Shown: positions 51,179-64,000 of the stretch, one piece after another | How positions within the stretch are numbered: position 1 is the stretch's first letter | Layout: every line of letters starts with the position of its first letter | The notes under the pieces: generated by a model | Told to the model about the DNA's origin: nothing | The model's input: the letters and a program-made list of their open reading frames with translations, nothing else | Database searches by the model: none | Program-made: the position numbers and the translations under genes | Source of the DNA: Octopus sinensis | Taxonomy: Eukaryota | Direction: 5' to 3' | Assembly: GCF_006345805.1 (NCBI RefSeq) | Contig: NC_043013.1 | Coordinates: 5,022,001 to 5,086,000, forward strand | Length of the DNA stretch: 64,000 nt

Positions 51179-51289
51179 GTAAGTATTCTTTCTAATTAAA
51201 TTGCTCCAATTAATAGATTCAAAAATATTCTAATAACTGAAAACATCAAAATAAGACTCGTATTTGATTGAGTTGTTATGATGTTAGGC

Positions 51290-51845
51290 TAGAGGGTTTG
51301 CAAACTTAAGCTTGTTGGCCAAATCTTGCTCGCAACCTCATTCATCCAGCCTCCAGCTTTATTCATTTAGCTCTCAGTTCATTCATCCAACCAGCACCAC
51401 TGTCTCTTTCATTTGACATGCAACCTCATTCATCCAACTTGCACCCAGATTTATTCAGCCTGCAGCTTCATTCTTCAGACATGAGGCCTTAGTCATTCAA
51501 CCCACAGCCTCATTCATCCATCCTCATTCATCTGACCTCCAACCTTATTCATCCATCCTCATTCATCTGACCTCCAGCCTTATTCATCCAACCCACCACC
51601 TTGTTGATGCAACTTGTACCCACATTTATCCAGCCTGTACCCTCATTCATCCAGCCCACAGCCTCTTTCATCTGGGTTATCTATTTATTCAGTATGTGAT
51701 GTTTGTTACAAAAATTCTTCATTTTCTTTATCAATCTTTGGTTAACAAACAACAAAATTCAGCTTTGAAAAATAAAGCCAAAATCCTGTAGTGGCCCTTA
51801 AATAAATCAATGTTTTTACATTAATACAAAAACTAAGGTCCCTAG
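51290..51845 (+). repeat. Degenerate ~21-nt minisatellite (CCTCATTCATCCAGCC...) inside a possible hAT/Charlie-like element
   Basis: Repeated ctcattcatcc at 51336-51675; the start resembles Charlie-type ends, but TIRs are weak. Confidence 0.55.
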
Positions 51846-52497
51846 ATGCAATATTTTAAACAGACACTGTTTTCTCCTTTGTAAATGACTGGAACAACAG
51901 GACCAACGCTATTGTTGTTGCATAGTAGTTTACATAAATAACTGATTGTGAGAAAGGAGGAGGGGTTGACAAAAAAATGTTTAATTGAATGTCAAGGAAA
52001 GACAGGTAAACTGGTTGGTACCACATCTACCCTGAAGCTATAGGTACCCCACCACCACTATCCATCATACTTAATACTTCACAGCATGCCATGTCATAAG
52101 TGGCACATACTAATTCCTGCGGCTCTAAATATTTAGCAGTTCCTTCATTCCAATACACGCAAACACATCTCTCTCTCAACCCCCCCCCCATTCACTCTCT
52201 CAAAAATATACTCAAGAGGTATTTGCCTTGAATCAGATTTATCATTGTTTTTTGGGGGGTTTTTTCACTTCAGATGTTAGCAATATAACAGTCACTCTTA
52301 CATATTCACAATAAACAGAATCTCACTTGCAATAAATAAGCAATATTTTATTCATTGTTTCTTTGTAATTATTTAAATATCTTTTAAGTATATGATGACG
52401 ATGACACTGTGAGACATCTGACAACAGGATGTTGTCTGCTCTCACAGAATCAACCAGAGCAAGTCAGACTGAGAGCTCTGAGAAGTAAAATAATGAT

Positions 52498-52859
52498 AAC
52501 AAGAACACTCGGAGAGTGCAAATCTCCGCCAAGGCAACACCAATGTCCTCTCAATGATTAGCCAGAAATGATTTTTAAAATGAGAATATCTGAAATAAAC
52601 TCGACTGCTCTCACAAATGAGAATACTAAAAATGAACCTGGCCACTCTCAAAAATTGAGTAAAAAAACAGGAAAAATAATCCAGAATATTTGTCCGGTAT
52701 GGGATCGATCCCAAAATCTAATCAGTTCATGCAAGTCACGAGGCCAAACATCCCTGAAAGCTTCATCCAAATCCATCCAGCAGTTCTTGAGATATCTTGT
52801 CCATGGACAAACAAACATGACTGAAGACAATACCTCCACCTTAGCGAAGGCAGACATAA
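52498..52859 (-). mobile_element. HINE-like element, inverted copy of 44075-44438
   Basis: Colinear reverse complement along its length (e.g. ccaaaatctaatcagttcatgc, ggccaaacatccctg, ttcttgagatatcttgt). Confidence 0.8.
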
Positions 52860-52920
52860 TAATAATAATAATAATAAGGCATCAATAAGACAATAAGAAG
52901 AAGAGGAAGAAGAAGAAATC

Positions 52921-53115
52921 AAGAGGAATATAAAGGAAATTGGAATAGAGTGCCCAATAGAACTATTACAAAAGATTTGCCTCCTTGGCACAGCCAGAAT
53001 AATCAGGAAATTATTAGATAGCTGAAGAGAACAGCCTGGTACTGTAGGCTGCAGGTAATAAGCCCACTCCACATGCAAGACTCCAAGAGTTCCTACAAAA
53101 CCTGGGTTAGGAATA
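52921..53115 (+). mobile_element. R4/Dong-like (RLE-endonuclease) LINE 3' end, fragment 1
   Basis: KRNIKEIGIECPIELLQKICLLGTARIIRKLLDS* (stop ends at 53025), then a 3' UTR ending in AATAAT. Confidence 0.8.
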
Positions 53116-53130
53116 ATATTAATGTTAAAT

Positions 53131-53525
53131 ACAGGATTTTATGGGAATTCCCCATAAAGACTGAGTATACTATTGAAGTAAGAAAACCAGATTCGATTAT
53201 AAAGAGAACAAAATATTCGGTGTAAGATCACAGACTTTGCTATACCAAATGATGAAAGGTTGGTTACCAAAGAAAATGAAAAAAGAATGGATACCAAAAT
53301 CAAGCCAGAGAGCTGAAGAGACTGTGGGAGACTAAGACGAGAATTATTCCTGGGGTAATCGGTGCACTTGGCACAGCACCCAAAATGCTACCAAAGAGAC
53401 TGAAAGATATTGAAATTGAAACATTTTGATCTGCAGAGCAGTGTTATCCTGTATTCTGCCAGAATCCTTAGAAAAATTTTTGAAATTTGAGGAGACCTGC
53501 TGTCACCAAACATCAAGAGAACATC
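53131..53525 (+). mobile_element. R4/Dong-like LINE RLE domain relic, fragment 2
   Basis: Frameshifted RILWEFPIKTEYTIEVRKPD...CKITDFAIPND...KENEK..YQ..ARELKRLW...IPGVIGALGT...LQSSVILYSARILRKIF*. Confidence 0.88.
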
Positions 53526-53681
53526 CCTGCTAACTAAATGTAGCATGTAGTAGCTTTAAGAATTATATTTGTGTTTTTGTCAACCATTAAGGATTGACAA
53601 AAAAATTAGGGACAATACAAGATGGCACAGTGTAGTATTATGTATATAATAAAGATGATAATGATAGTAGAACTGGTGGTA

Positions 53682-53717
<36 letters not shown>

Positions 53718-54129
53718 GAAGCAATAACAACAACAATGATAATTTCTTGTTTTATCTTTTCTTTAGTTAAATGGATTAAAAGTTTTTGATGAATACATGT
53801 CAAAGGTGAATGCAGAATCTTTACAGAAATCCCAAAACCAAATGGTTCCAACAGTGAGTATCCTATTTTATGGATTATTATTGTTGTTATTATGATTATT
53901 GTTTTTAGTAATCTTTTATAAGTCATGATTGGACAGTAAAAAATGGCTGCCACATACCCTCGCTGTCACAATTTACCCCTGTCCAATACACAATGTACCC
54001 TCACTGACAAACAATATACTCTGGCTACCATGTCATACCCCTGCTGTCTCAATATACCCTTGTTGATATACAAGACACCCTGGTTGTCACAATGTACCTC
54101 ATCTAACATAAAACATAATCTGACTGTCA

Positions 54130-55040
54130 GAATATAATTATATTTTAATAAAAATATGGTAACAAAAGAGTCAGAGGGAACTAAATTGAAACCATTCATC
54201 AAAATTTTATCTTAATTTATTTTCCAACACCATCTTGACCCTTTTGTTACCGTATTTATTTTGAGATGCTCTGTGTTTCTTTCAATTACTTTAAATATAA
54301 CAAAGAATTTAGCAAAAATAATTTAGTTATCATTCAGCTAGTGTTAGGAACATAAATTGTGACTAAGGTTTGGTGGAAGATCTTAATTCAGAACTTTTGA
54401 AAACAAGGCATTTGTACTCAGAGCCAGAGCCAGTTTCAGCCAGGTTGGTAACAAAAGGGTTAATAATGACAAACTTATTTGACTAAATTTTTCATTATTT
54501 CCAATATTAATTGAAAGAAACACAATGTACTTCAATAGGAATATGATAACAAAATGGTTAAAATTATCTAAATTTAAACGTTTCATCAAAATTTGTTGTT
54601 AATTCATGAAATACGATAACAAAAGGGTTGATAATGACCAAACCATTTTACTAAATTCTTCATTAATTTCGAAATTAACTGAAACAAAGATGGTGTGTTT
54701 CAATAGAAATGTGGTAAATGAAGGGGTTAATGATAGAACTTCCATACTAAAACAATTGGTATAAAAACATATTAGCCATTCAAAAACACATAAAAACGGT
54801 TAATTTCATTAAAATATTTATTATACCAAGTACAACCTGGCCACTAATATGATTCCACTGCAACTAAATTCTTTGTTATTTCCAAAATTAATTGAATCAA
54901 AAGCAGTGCATTTCAACAGAAATATGGTAATTAAAGGGTTGATAACGACCAAACTATTTTACTAAATTCTTTATTATTTCCAAAATGAAACAAAACAAAA
55001 GCAGTTTTTTTCAACAGAAATTTGGTAACGAAAGGGTTAA
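54130..55040. mobile_element. Cluster of nested or partial piggyBac-like TTAA MITEs
   Basis: Full copy at about 54240-54459 (CCCTTTTGTTACC...GGTAACAAAAGGG|TTAA) plus about 6 further right-end motifs. Confidence 0.7.
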
Positions 55041-55581
55041 TTCCTCATTTGTGTAGCTTCACCAAACTGCATGGTACTGCAGCAGCGGTGCAGTATAGTG
55101 CATCAATGTTTATCCCAGCAGAACTTCTAATTGGTGCTTTACAATCAAATTTCTGTCTATAACACAGCTTGTGTTTATTTATAGATATTTACTACTGCTG
55201 TTTACACCATCATCATCAGTAACAGCAGCATCAATAGCAGCCACCACCACTACTACTACTGTAGCTGATGTTAGAATATGCCTGTCACATGTTTATCCAA
55301 GGGATAGGAACACAGACCCAGTAGTCAGCCAGTCTGTTGTAAATATCAATTATGAAAGCTGTTTCTGAGAGCTGAGACAAACCAGAGCTCTGAATTAAAT
55401 ATAGTTATAGTGATCTTTCCTGGGCTTCAAATTAACCCGTTTGCTACTATATTTTTTGTTGAAATTCACTGCCTTTGATTCGATTAATTTTGAAAATAAC
55501 GAAGGATTCACCAATATTAATTTTCATCCTTATTAATTAAGCAAATAAATGAAACAAATTAACGTGAAATTTTTATGGATA

Positions 55582-55801
55582 CTCTTTTACTTGTTTCAGT
55601 CATTTGACTGTGGCCATGCTGGAGCACCACCTTTTTACTCGAGCAAATTGACCCCGGGTCTTATTCTTTGTAAGCCTAGTACTTATTCTGTCGGTCTCTT
55701 TCGTCGAACCGCTAAGTTACGGGGACGTAAACACACCAGCATCGGTTGTCAAGTGATGTTGGGGGGACAAACACAGATACACAAACATATACACACACAG
55801 G

Positions 55802-55862
<61 letters not shown>

Positions 55863-56052
55863 TATATATATATACATACACACACATATACATATATACG
55901 ACGGGCTTCTTTCAGTTTCTGCCTACCAAATCCACTCACAAGGCTTTGGTCGGCCCGAGGCTATAGTAGAAGACACTTGCCCAAGGTGCCACGCAGTGGG
56001 ACTGAACCCGGAACCATGTGGTTGGGAAGCAAGCTACTTACCACACAGCCAC
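55582..56052 (-). mobile_element. SINE family A, full length, inserted into a TTAA MITE (about 55432-56105)
   Basis: MITE sequence stops at aaatttttatgga and resumes at ttagatcactttaaaa. Confidence 0.88.
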
Positions 56053-56569
56053 TTTTTTTTTTTGTCTTTAGATCACTTTAAAATAGATAATTTGTATCTC
56101 AGAATCGGTGCATTCCTTGTTAGGTTAATATCAAAACAGCCAAACCCTCTGCATCCACATTTTCCTTTTTATAACGAATCCAGAATCGGTGAAGTAAAGC
56201 GATGCCAAGTTTGATTCCGCTAACTACACTATACTCTCCCCACCACCTCTTATATATATTGGTCTTCTGCCTAGTCCAGAGAGATAATTATCAATTTATC
56301 AAGTGCAGCAATTTTGCATCTATTGTACACATCAGTTGATTCTAACGCACCATATTAACTCTATTATTTTCCATCAGCAGGACCTTATTGGCATTTCTTT
56401 CTATGCTATATATTATATACTTTATAGCTCTTTTGGTTTTGTTTTTTTTTCTTTCCTTTACTCAGTTTCCATCTCGTCCCCCCCCCCCCACACACACACA
56501 CACACACACACACAAACAAACTATCTCTGTGTAATGTCCTTCACATTCCATGCCACTGTGGAAAAAGAA

Positions 56570-56654
56570 ATTATCATTATCATAATCATCATCATCGTTA
56601 TTATTATTATCATTGTTATTATTATTATCAGCATCATCATCATCATTATTATTA

Positions 56655-56694
<40 letters not shown>

Positions 56695-56890
56695 CATCAT
56701 AATCATCATCATCGTTATTATTATTATCATTGTTATTATTATTATCAGCATCATCATCATCATTATTTATCATTATTATTATTATTATTATCATCATAAT
56801 CATCATCATCGTTATTATTATTATCATTGTTATTATTATTATCAGCATCATCATCATCATTATTATTATCATTATTATTATTATTATTAT

Positions 56891-56950
<60 letters not shown>

Positions 56951-57005
56951 TAGTCGTAGTGGTGGTGGTGGTGGTAGTAGTAGTATCATCGTTGTTGTTG
57001 TTACT
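56570..57005. repeat. (ATT/ATC)n higher-order repeat followed by (AGT)n
   Basis: Three copies of the same ~100-120-nt trinucleotide pattern. Confidence 0.9.
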
Positions 57006-57007
57006 AA

Positions 57008-57852
57008 GGCACTGAGCTGGCAGAACCGTTAGCACATCAGACAAAATGCTTAGCAGCATTTCTTTCAGCGCTTTACATTCTGAGTTCAAATTCCACCAAG
57101 GTTGACTTAGCCTTTCATCCTTTCTGGGTAGATAAAACAAGTACCAGTAGAGAACTGGGCTTGTTGAAATCAACTGCCATCTTTCTCAAATTTCAGGTCT
57201 TGTTCCTTTCAGAGAAATTATTATTATTATTATTATTTGTTTGCTGTTATGTTCTGAGTTCAAATTCCGCTGAGTTCGACTTTACCTTTCATCCTTTCAG
57301 GGTCGATTAAATAAGTACCAGTTAATCACTGGGGTCGATGTAATTGACTTAATCCCCTTGTCTGTCCTTATTTGTTCCCTCTATGTTTAGCCCCCTGTGG
57401 GCAATAAAGAAATAAAAATTATTATTATTATTACTATTATCATTATTGTATTTTTCCCATTGCTACGTTCTGAGTTGAAATTCCACCGAGGTCAACTTAG
57501 CCGTTCATCCTGTCAGCGTTGATGAAATTAAGTACCAGTCAAGTACTGGGGTCAATGTGATCAACTATCCCTCCTTACCACAAATTCCAGGCCTTGCACC
57601 TATAATAGAAAGGATTATTATTATTATTATTATTATTGTTATTGTTATTGTTATTATTATTATTATTATTATTATCTTATTATTATTATTATTATCTAAG
57701 ACAGTGAGCCAGACAAAATGCATTGCAGTTTTTTGTCCATCTTTATGTTCTGAATTCAATTGCTGCCTAGATTGACTTATCCTTTCATCCTTTTAAGGTT
57801 GATAAAATAAGTACCAGTTGAGTACTGGGGTTGATGTAATCTACTAGCCCCA
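57008..57852 (+). mobile_element. Four SINE family B copies separated by (ATT)n
   Basis: Repeated ttctgagttcaaattcc...cctttcatcc...aagtaccagt. Confidence 0.85.
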
Positions 57853-57879
57853 TCACCAAAAACTTTGAGGCTTATGGGG

Positions 57880-58243
57880 GTGGCTGTGTGGTAAGTAGCT
57901 TGCTTCCCAGTCACATAGTTCCGGGTTCAGTCCCTCTGTATGGCACCTTGGACAAGTGTCTTCTACTTTAGCCTCGGGCCGGCCAAAGCCTTGTGAGTCG
58001 ATTTGGTAGGCGGAAGCTGAAAGAAGCCCATCATTGTATGTATTTGTGTCTAAGTTTGTCCCTCCTACCATCACTTGACAACCAATGTTGGTGTGTTTAC
58101 GTCCCCGTAACTTAGCGGTTCAGCAAAAGAGACTGATAGAATAAGTACTAGGCTTACAAAGAATAAGTCCTGGAGTTGATTTGTTCAACTAAAGGCGATG
58201 CTCCAGCATGGCCATAGTCAAATGACTGAAACAAGTAAAAGAA
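57880..58243 (+). mobile_element. SINE family A
   Basis: Near full-length match. Confidence 0.88.
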
Positions 58244-58759
58244 TAATAGAAAGGATTATTATTATCCTCTTTGGACGAGCAACTCTTATTTAAATGGCAA
58301 CTTAATCTGTTGCTGTTGCATGTCCTCCAACCCCCACCCTTTGTACTCACCCACCTCCCTCGTCCCATTCAATATGGAGTTCTCTTTCTCCCATTAGCTC
58401 TTGTAGTTTATCTATTATTGATCTGGCTATCTCCGTGGCACGTGAGTGAACCAATTTTTATTGGCGATAAACAAACTGAGGCAGAAGATGTTGCTAGAAT
58501 TCTCTTCATCCTTCTCCGTCTTCTCCTGCTTCCATCTCCCTTCCTCCCTTCCACCTCCACCTCCACCACTATCGTTTCTGTTTCCTTCCGGAAGCTTCTG
58601 TTTTCTGTCTTTCTCTTTTAGTGATGCTGAATTTTCTTCTCATTTATATAAATCAAAGATGTCCATTATCTGGTAAACATTTTTATTAATTCCAAAGGTG
58701 ACATAGATGTGAGTTTGTGATGTTCATGCTGCTCTCAATAATGCCAGTAATATTCAATT

Positions 58760-58925
58760 CAAATTTTGGCACAAGGCCTGCAATTTCAGGGAAGGAATAT
58801 GTCAATTACATCAACTCCAGTGTTTAACTGGTTTTTATTTTATCAAGCCCAAAAGGATGAAAGGCAAAGTCAACCTTAGCAGGATTTTGAAAGCAGAGCA
58901 CGAAGACAAATGAAATACCATTAAG
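58760..58925 (-). mobile_element. SINE family B, old copy
   Basis: aaattttggcacaaggcc...ggatgaaaggcaaagtcaacc. Confidence 0.75.
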
Positions 58926-58962
58926 CAGAGCCACACCCGAGAGTGTCTTGCACGTATCTTTG

Positions 58963-58966
58963 GTAT

Positions 58967-59025
<59 letters not shown>

Positions 59026-59027
59026 GG

Positions 59028-59060
<33 letters not shown>

Positions 59061-59061
59061 G

Positions 59062-59092
<31 letters not shown>

Positions 59093-59312
59093 GTATATAT
59101 ATATATGTATATATATATATGTTATATATATATGTATATATATATATGTATATATATATATGTATATATGTATATATATATATGTATATATATATATGTA
59201 TATATATATATGTATATATATATATGTATATATATATATGTATATATATATATGTATATATATATATGTATATATATATATGTATATATATATATGTATA
59301 TATTATATATAT

Positions 59313-59343
<31 letters not shown>

Positions 59344-59370
59344 GTATAGTATATATATATATATATATGT

Positions 59371-59406
<36 letters not shown>

Positions 59407-59519
59407 TGTATATATATTATATATATATATGTATATTATATATTATGTTATATATATATATATGTATATATAATATATATGTATTATATATATATTATGT
59501 ATTATATATATATTATATG

Positions 59520-59552
<33 letters not shown>

Positions 59553-59558
59553 TATATG

Positions 59559-59593
<35 letters not shown>

Positions 59594-59885
59594 GTTATAT
59601 ATTATATATATGTATATATATATATATATATGTTATATATATATATATATGTATTATATATATATATATGTATATATATAATATATATGTATATATAATA
59701 TATATTGTATATATATATATAATATGTTATATATATATGTATATATGTAATATATATATGTATATATGTATATATATATATGTATATATGTAATATATAT
59801 TAGTATATATGTATATATATATATGTTATTAGTATATATGTATATGTATATATATATATGTATTGTATATGTATATATATATATG

Positions 59886-59983
<98 letters not shown>

Positions 59984-59998
59984 ATATGTATATATATG

Positions 59999-60030
<32 letters not shown>

Positions 60031-60212
60031 TAGATTATAATATATAATATTATATATATATATATATGTTAGATATATATATATATATGTATATAGATAT
60101 ATGTATATGTATATTATATGTAATATATATGTATATAATATATATATATTATATATATATGTATATATATAATATATATATATATATATATGTGTATTAT
60201 ATATATATATAT

Positions 60213-60266
<54 letters not shown>

Positions 60267-61246
60267 CATATATGTTCCTTCGAAACACGTGTAGAATGAA
60301 ATAAAACGATTTCTGTTCAATCTGCGTTCAGCTCCATTTCTTCAATTCACCAATAATGTTTTAATTTCAATTATCCGCACCAACGCACGGTTGCAACACC
60401 ATATGGTTGTACCTCCAACCGTGCTGTTTACTGCTGCGATTTTTGCTACTAAGGTATCGGTTAAACTTTTGATAATCTACTACAAGATTATTCATCTTTC
60501 TATTTCACAAATTATATTATATATATGTATTATATATATATTATATATATGTATATATATATATAGATATATGTATATATTATTATATATATTATATATA
60601 TATGTATATATATATGTATATATATATGTATATATATTATGTATATTATATGTATATATATATGTATATATATATATATAATATATATGTATATATTATA
60701 TGTATATATATATGTATATTATATATGTATATATATATGTGTATATATATATGTGTATATATATATGTATATATATATATGTATATATATATGTATATAT
60801 ATATGTATATATATATGTATATATATATGTATATATATGTATATATATATGTATATATATATGTATATATATATGTATATATATAATGTATATATATGTA
60901 TATATATAATATGTATTATATATATATGTGTATATATATATATATGTGTATATATATATATTGTGTATATATATATATATGTGTATATATATATATGTGT
61001 ATATATATATATGTATATATATATGTATATATATATGTGTATATATATGTTATATATATATATTGTATATATATATATGTATATATATATATGTATATAT
61101 ATATATGTGTATATATATATATGTGTATATATATATATGTGTATATATATATATGTGTATATAATATGTATATATATATGTATATATATATGTATATATA
61201 TATGTATATATATATGTATATATATATGTATATATATGATATATAT

Positions 61247-61281
<35 letters not shown>

Positions 61282-61780
61282 ATATATATGTGTATATATA
61301 TGTGTATTATATGTGTATATATATGTGTATATATATGTGTATATATATGTGTATATATGTGTATATATATATGTATATATATATGTGTATATATATATGT
61401 ATATATAATGTGTATTATATATGTATATATATATATGTATATATATATATGTATATATATATGTATGTTATATATATATGTATATATATATGTATATATA
61501 TATATGTATATATATATATGTATATATATGTATGTATATATGTATGTATATACATACATATATATATATGTATATATATATGTATATATATATATGTATA
61601 TATATATATTATATATATATGTATTATATATATGTATATATATATATGTATATATATATATGTATATATATTATGTATATATGTATGTATATACATACAT
61701 ATATATATATGTATATATATATATTGTATATATATATGTATATATATATATGTATATATATATATGTATATATATGTATG

Positions 61781-61826
<46 letters not shown>

Positions 61827-61945
61827 GTATGTATATATATGTATGTATATATATATTATGTTATATATATATATGTATGTATATATTATATGTATATATA
61901 TATATGTATGTAATATATATGAGTATGTATGTATATATATATATG

Positions 61946-61976
<31 letters not shown>

Positions 61977-62311
61977 GTATATATATATATGTATGTATAT
62001 ATATATATGTATATATATATATGTATATATATATATGTATATATATATATGTATATATATTATGTATATATATATATGTATATATATATATGTATATATA
62101 TATATGTATATATATTAATTTATATATATATGTATATATATATGTATAATATATATGTATATATATATATGTATATATATATGTATATATATTATGTATA
62201 TATATATGTATATATAATGTATATATATATGTATATATATATGTTATATATATATGTGTATATATATATGTGTATATATATGTATATATGTGTATATATA
62301 TAGTGTATATG

Positions 62312-62344
<33 letters not shown>

Positions 62345-63430
62345 GTATATATATATGTATATATATATGTATATGTATATATGTATATGTATATATGTAT
62401 ATGTATGTATATGTATATGTATGTATATGTATATATATGTATATGTATATATGTATATGTATATATGTATATGTATATATGTATATGTATATATGTATAT
62501 GTGTATATATATATGTGTATATATATGTGTATATATATATGTGTATATATATATGTATATATATATATGTATATATATGTATGTATATATATGTATATAT
62601 ATATATGTATATATATGTATATATATATGTTATATATATGTTATATTATGTTATATATAGATGTATATATATATTATGTATATATTATATGTATATAATA
62701 TATGTATATATATATATGTATATATATATGTATATATATATATGTATATATATATATGTATATATAATATGTATATATATATGTGTATATATATGTGTAT
62801 ATATATGTGTATATATGTGTATATATATGTGTATATATATGTGTATATATATATGTGTATGTGTATATATATATGTGTATATATATATGTATATATGTGT
62901 GTATATATATATGTGTATATATGTGTGTATATATATATGTGTATATATATATGTATATATATATATGTGTATATGTGTATATATATATGTGTATATATAT
63001 ATGTGTATATATATATGTGTATATGTGTATATATATATGTGTATATGTGTATATATATATGTGTATATATGTGTATATATATATGTATATATATGTGTAT
63101 ATATATGTGTATATATATGTGTATATATATATGTGTATATATATATATGTGTATATATATATATGTGTATATATATATGTGTTATATATATTGTATATAT
63201 ATATGTGTGTATATATATGTGTGTATATATATATGTGTTATATATATATGTGTATATATATATGTATATATATATATGTATATATATATATGTATTATAT
63301 ATATGTATATGTATTATATGTATATGTATATATGTATATATGTATATGTATATATGTATATGTATATTGTATATGTATATATTATATATGTATATATTTA
63401 TATATATATATATGTATATATATTATTATG

Positions 63431-63465
<35 letters not shown>

Positions 63466-64000
63466 TATGTGTATGTATATATATGTGTGTATATATATAT
63501 ATGTGTATATATATGTGTATATATATATATGTATATATATATATGTGTATATATATATATGTATATATATATATGTGTATATATATATATGTGTATATAT
63601 ATATGTTATATATATATATGGGTTATATATATATGTGGTTATATATATGTGTATATATATATATGTGTATATATATATATGTGTTATATATATATATGTG
63701 TATATATATATATGTGTATATATATGTATGTGTATATATATATATGTGTATATATTGTATGTGTATATATATGTATGTGTATATATATGTATGTGTATAT
63801 ATATAGTATGATGTATATATATATGTATGTATTATATGTGTATATGTATATATAATTATGTATATATATATGTATGTATATATATATGTATGTATATATG
63901 TATGTATATATGTATGTATGTATATATATATGTATGTATATATGTATGTATATATGTATGTATATATGTATGTATATATATATGTATGTATATATGTATG
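58963..64000. repeat. ~5-kb (TA)n/(TATG)n array running off the window, with one complex island at 60274-60512
   Basis: Visible. Confidence 0.96.

Noticed and set aside
58271-58676. Next RasGEF exon or hydrophobic ORF
   Set aside because: Candidate acceptors near 58397 and 58406 run into stops at phase 0, and there is no AQQLTxIE motif.
58948-63855. Long ORFs (up to 533 aa) of Y/I/M/C/V, and similar ORFs at 28067-28826, 30840-31319 and 45935-49138
   Set aside because: Translations of (TA)n/(TG)n repeats that rarely contain stops; no coding signal.

Overview
AT-rich, microsatellite- and SINE-saturated animal genomic DNA. The SINE repertoire and (TA)n/(TG)n density point to a coleoid cephalopod, most likely Octopus (inference). 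The window holds the 5' part of one + strand spliced gene, a RasGEF1-family (RASGEF1A/B/C-like) Ras guanine-nucleotide exchange factor. Six small GT-AG exons (10636-10734, 27276-27365, 44621-44698, 45675-45719, 49227-49270, 51037-51178) splice in frame into the N-terminal REM domain; no catalytic CDC25 exon was found in the window. The rest is intron or flank: several tRNA-derived SINE families, RTE and R4/Dong LINE relics, hAT-, mariner-, piggyBac- and Helentron-type non-autonomous elements, and very long simple repeats. Almost all ORF-track entries are microsatellite or SINE artefacts. Most notable: (1) short elements, mostly sitting in (TA)n tracts, that carry minimal hammerhead-ribozyme-like motifs with variant cores and covarying stems (Penelope-like/retrozyme-type); (2) an inverted pair of HINE-like elements bracketing a 309-nt, stop-free, frame-preserving four-exon cassette (circRNA candidate); (3) several long intronic hairpins. 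Repeat boundaries were read by eye and are approximate; exon boundaries were counted to the base.
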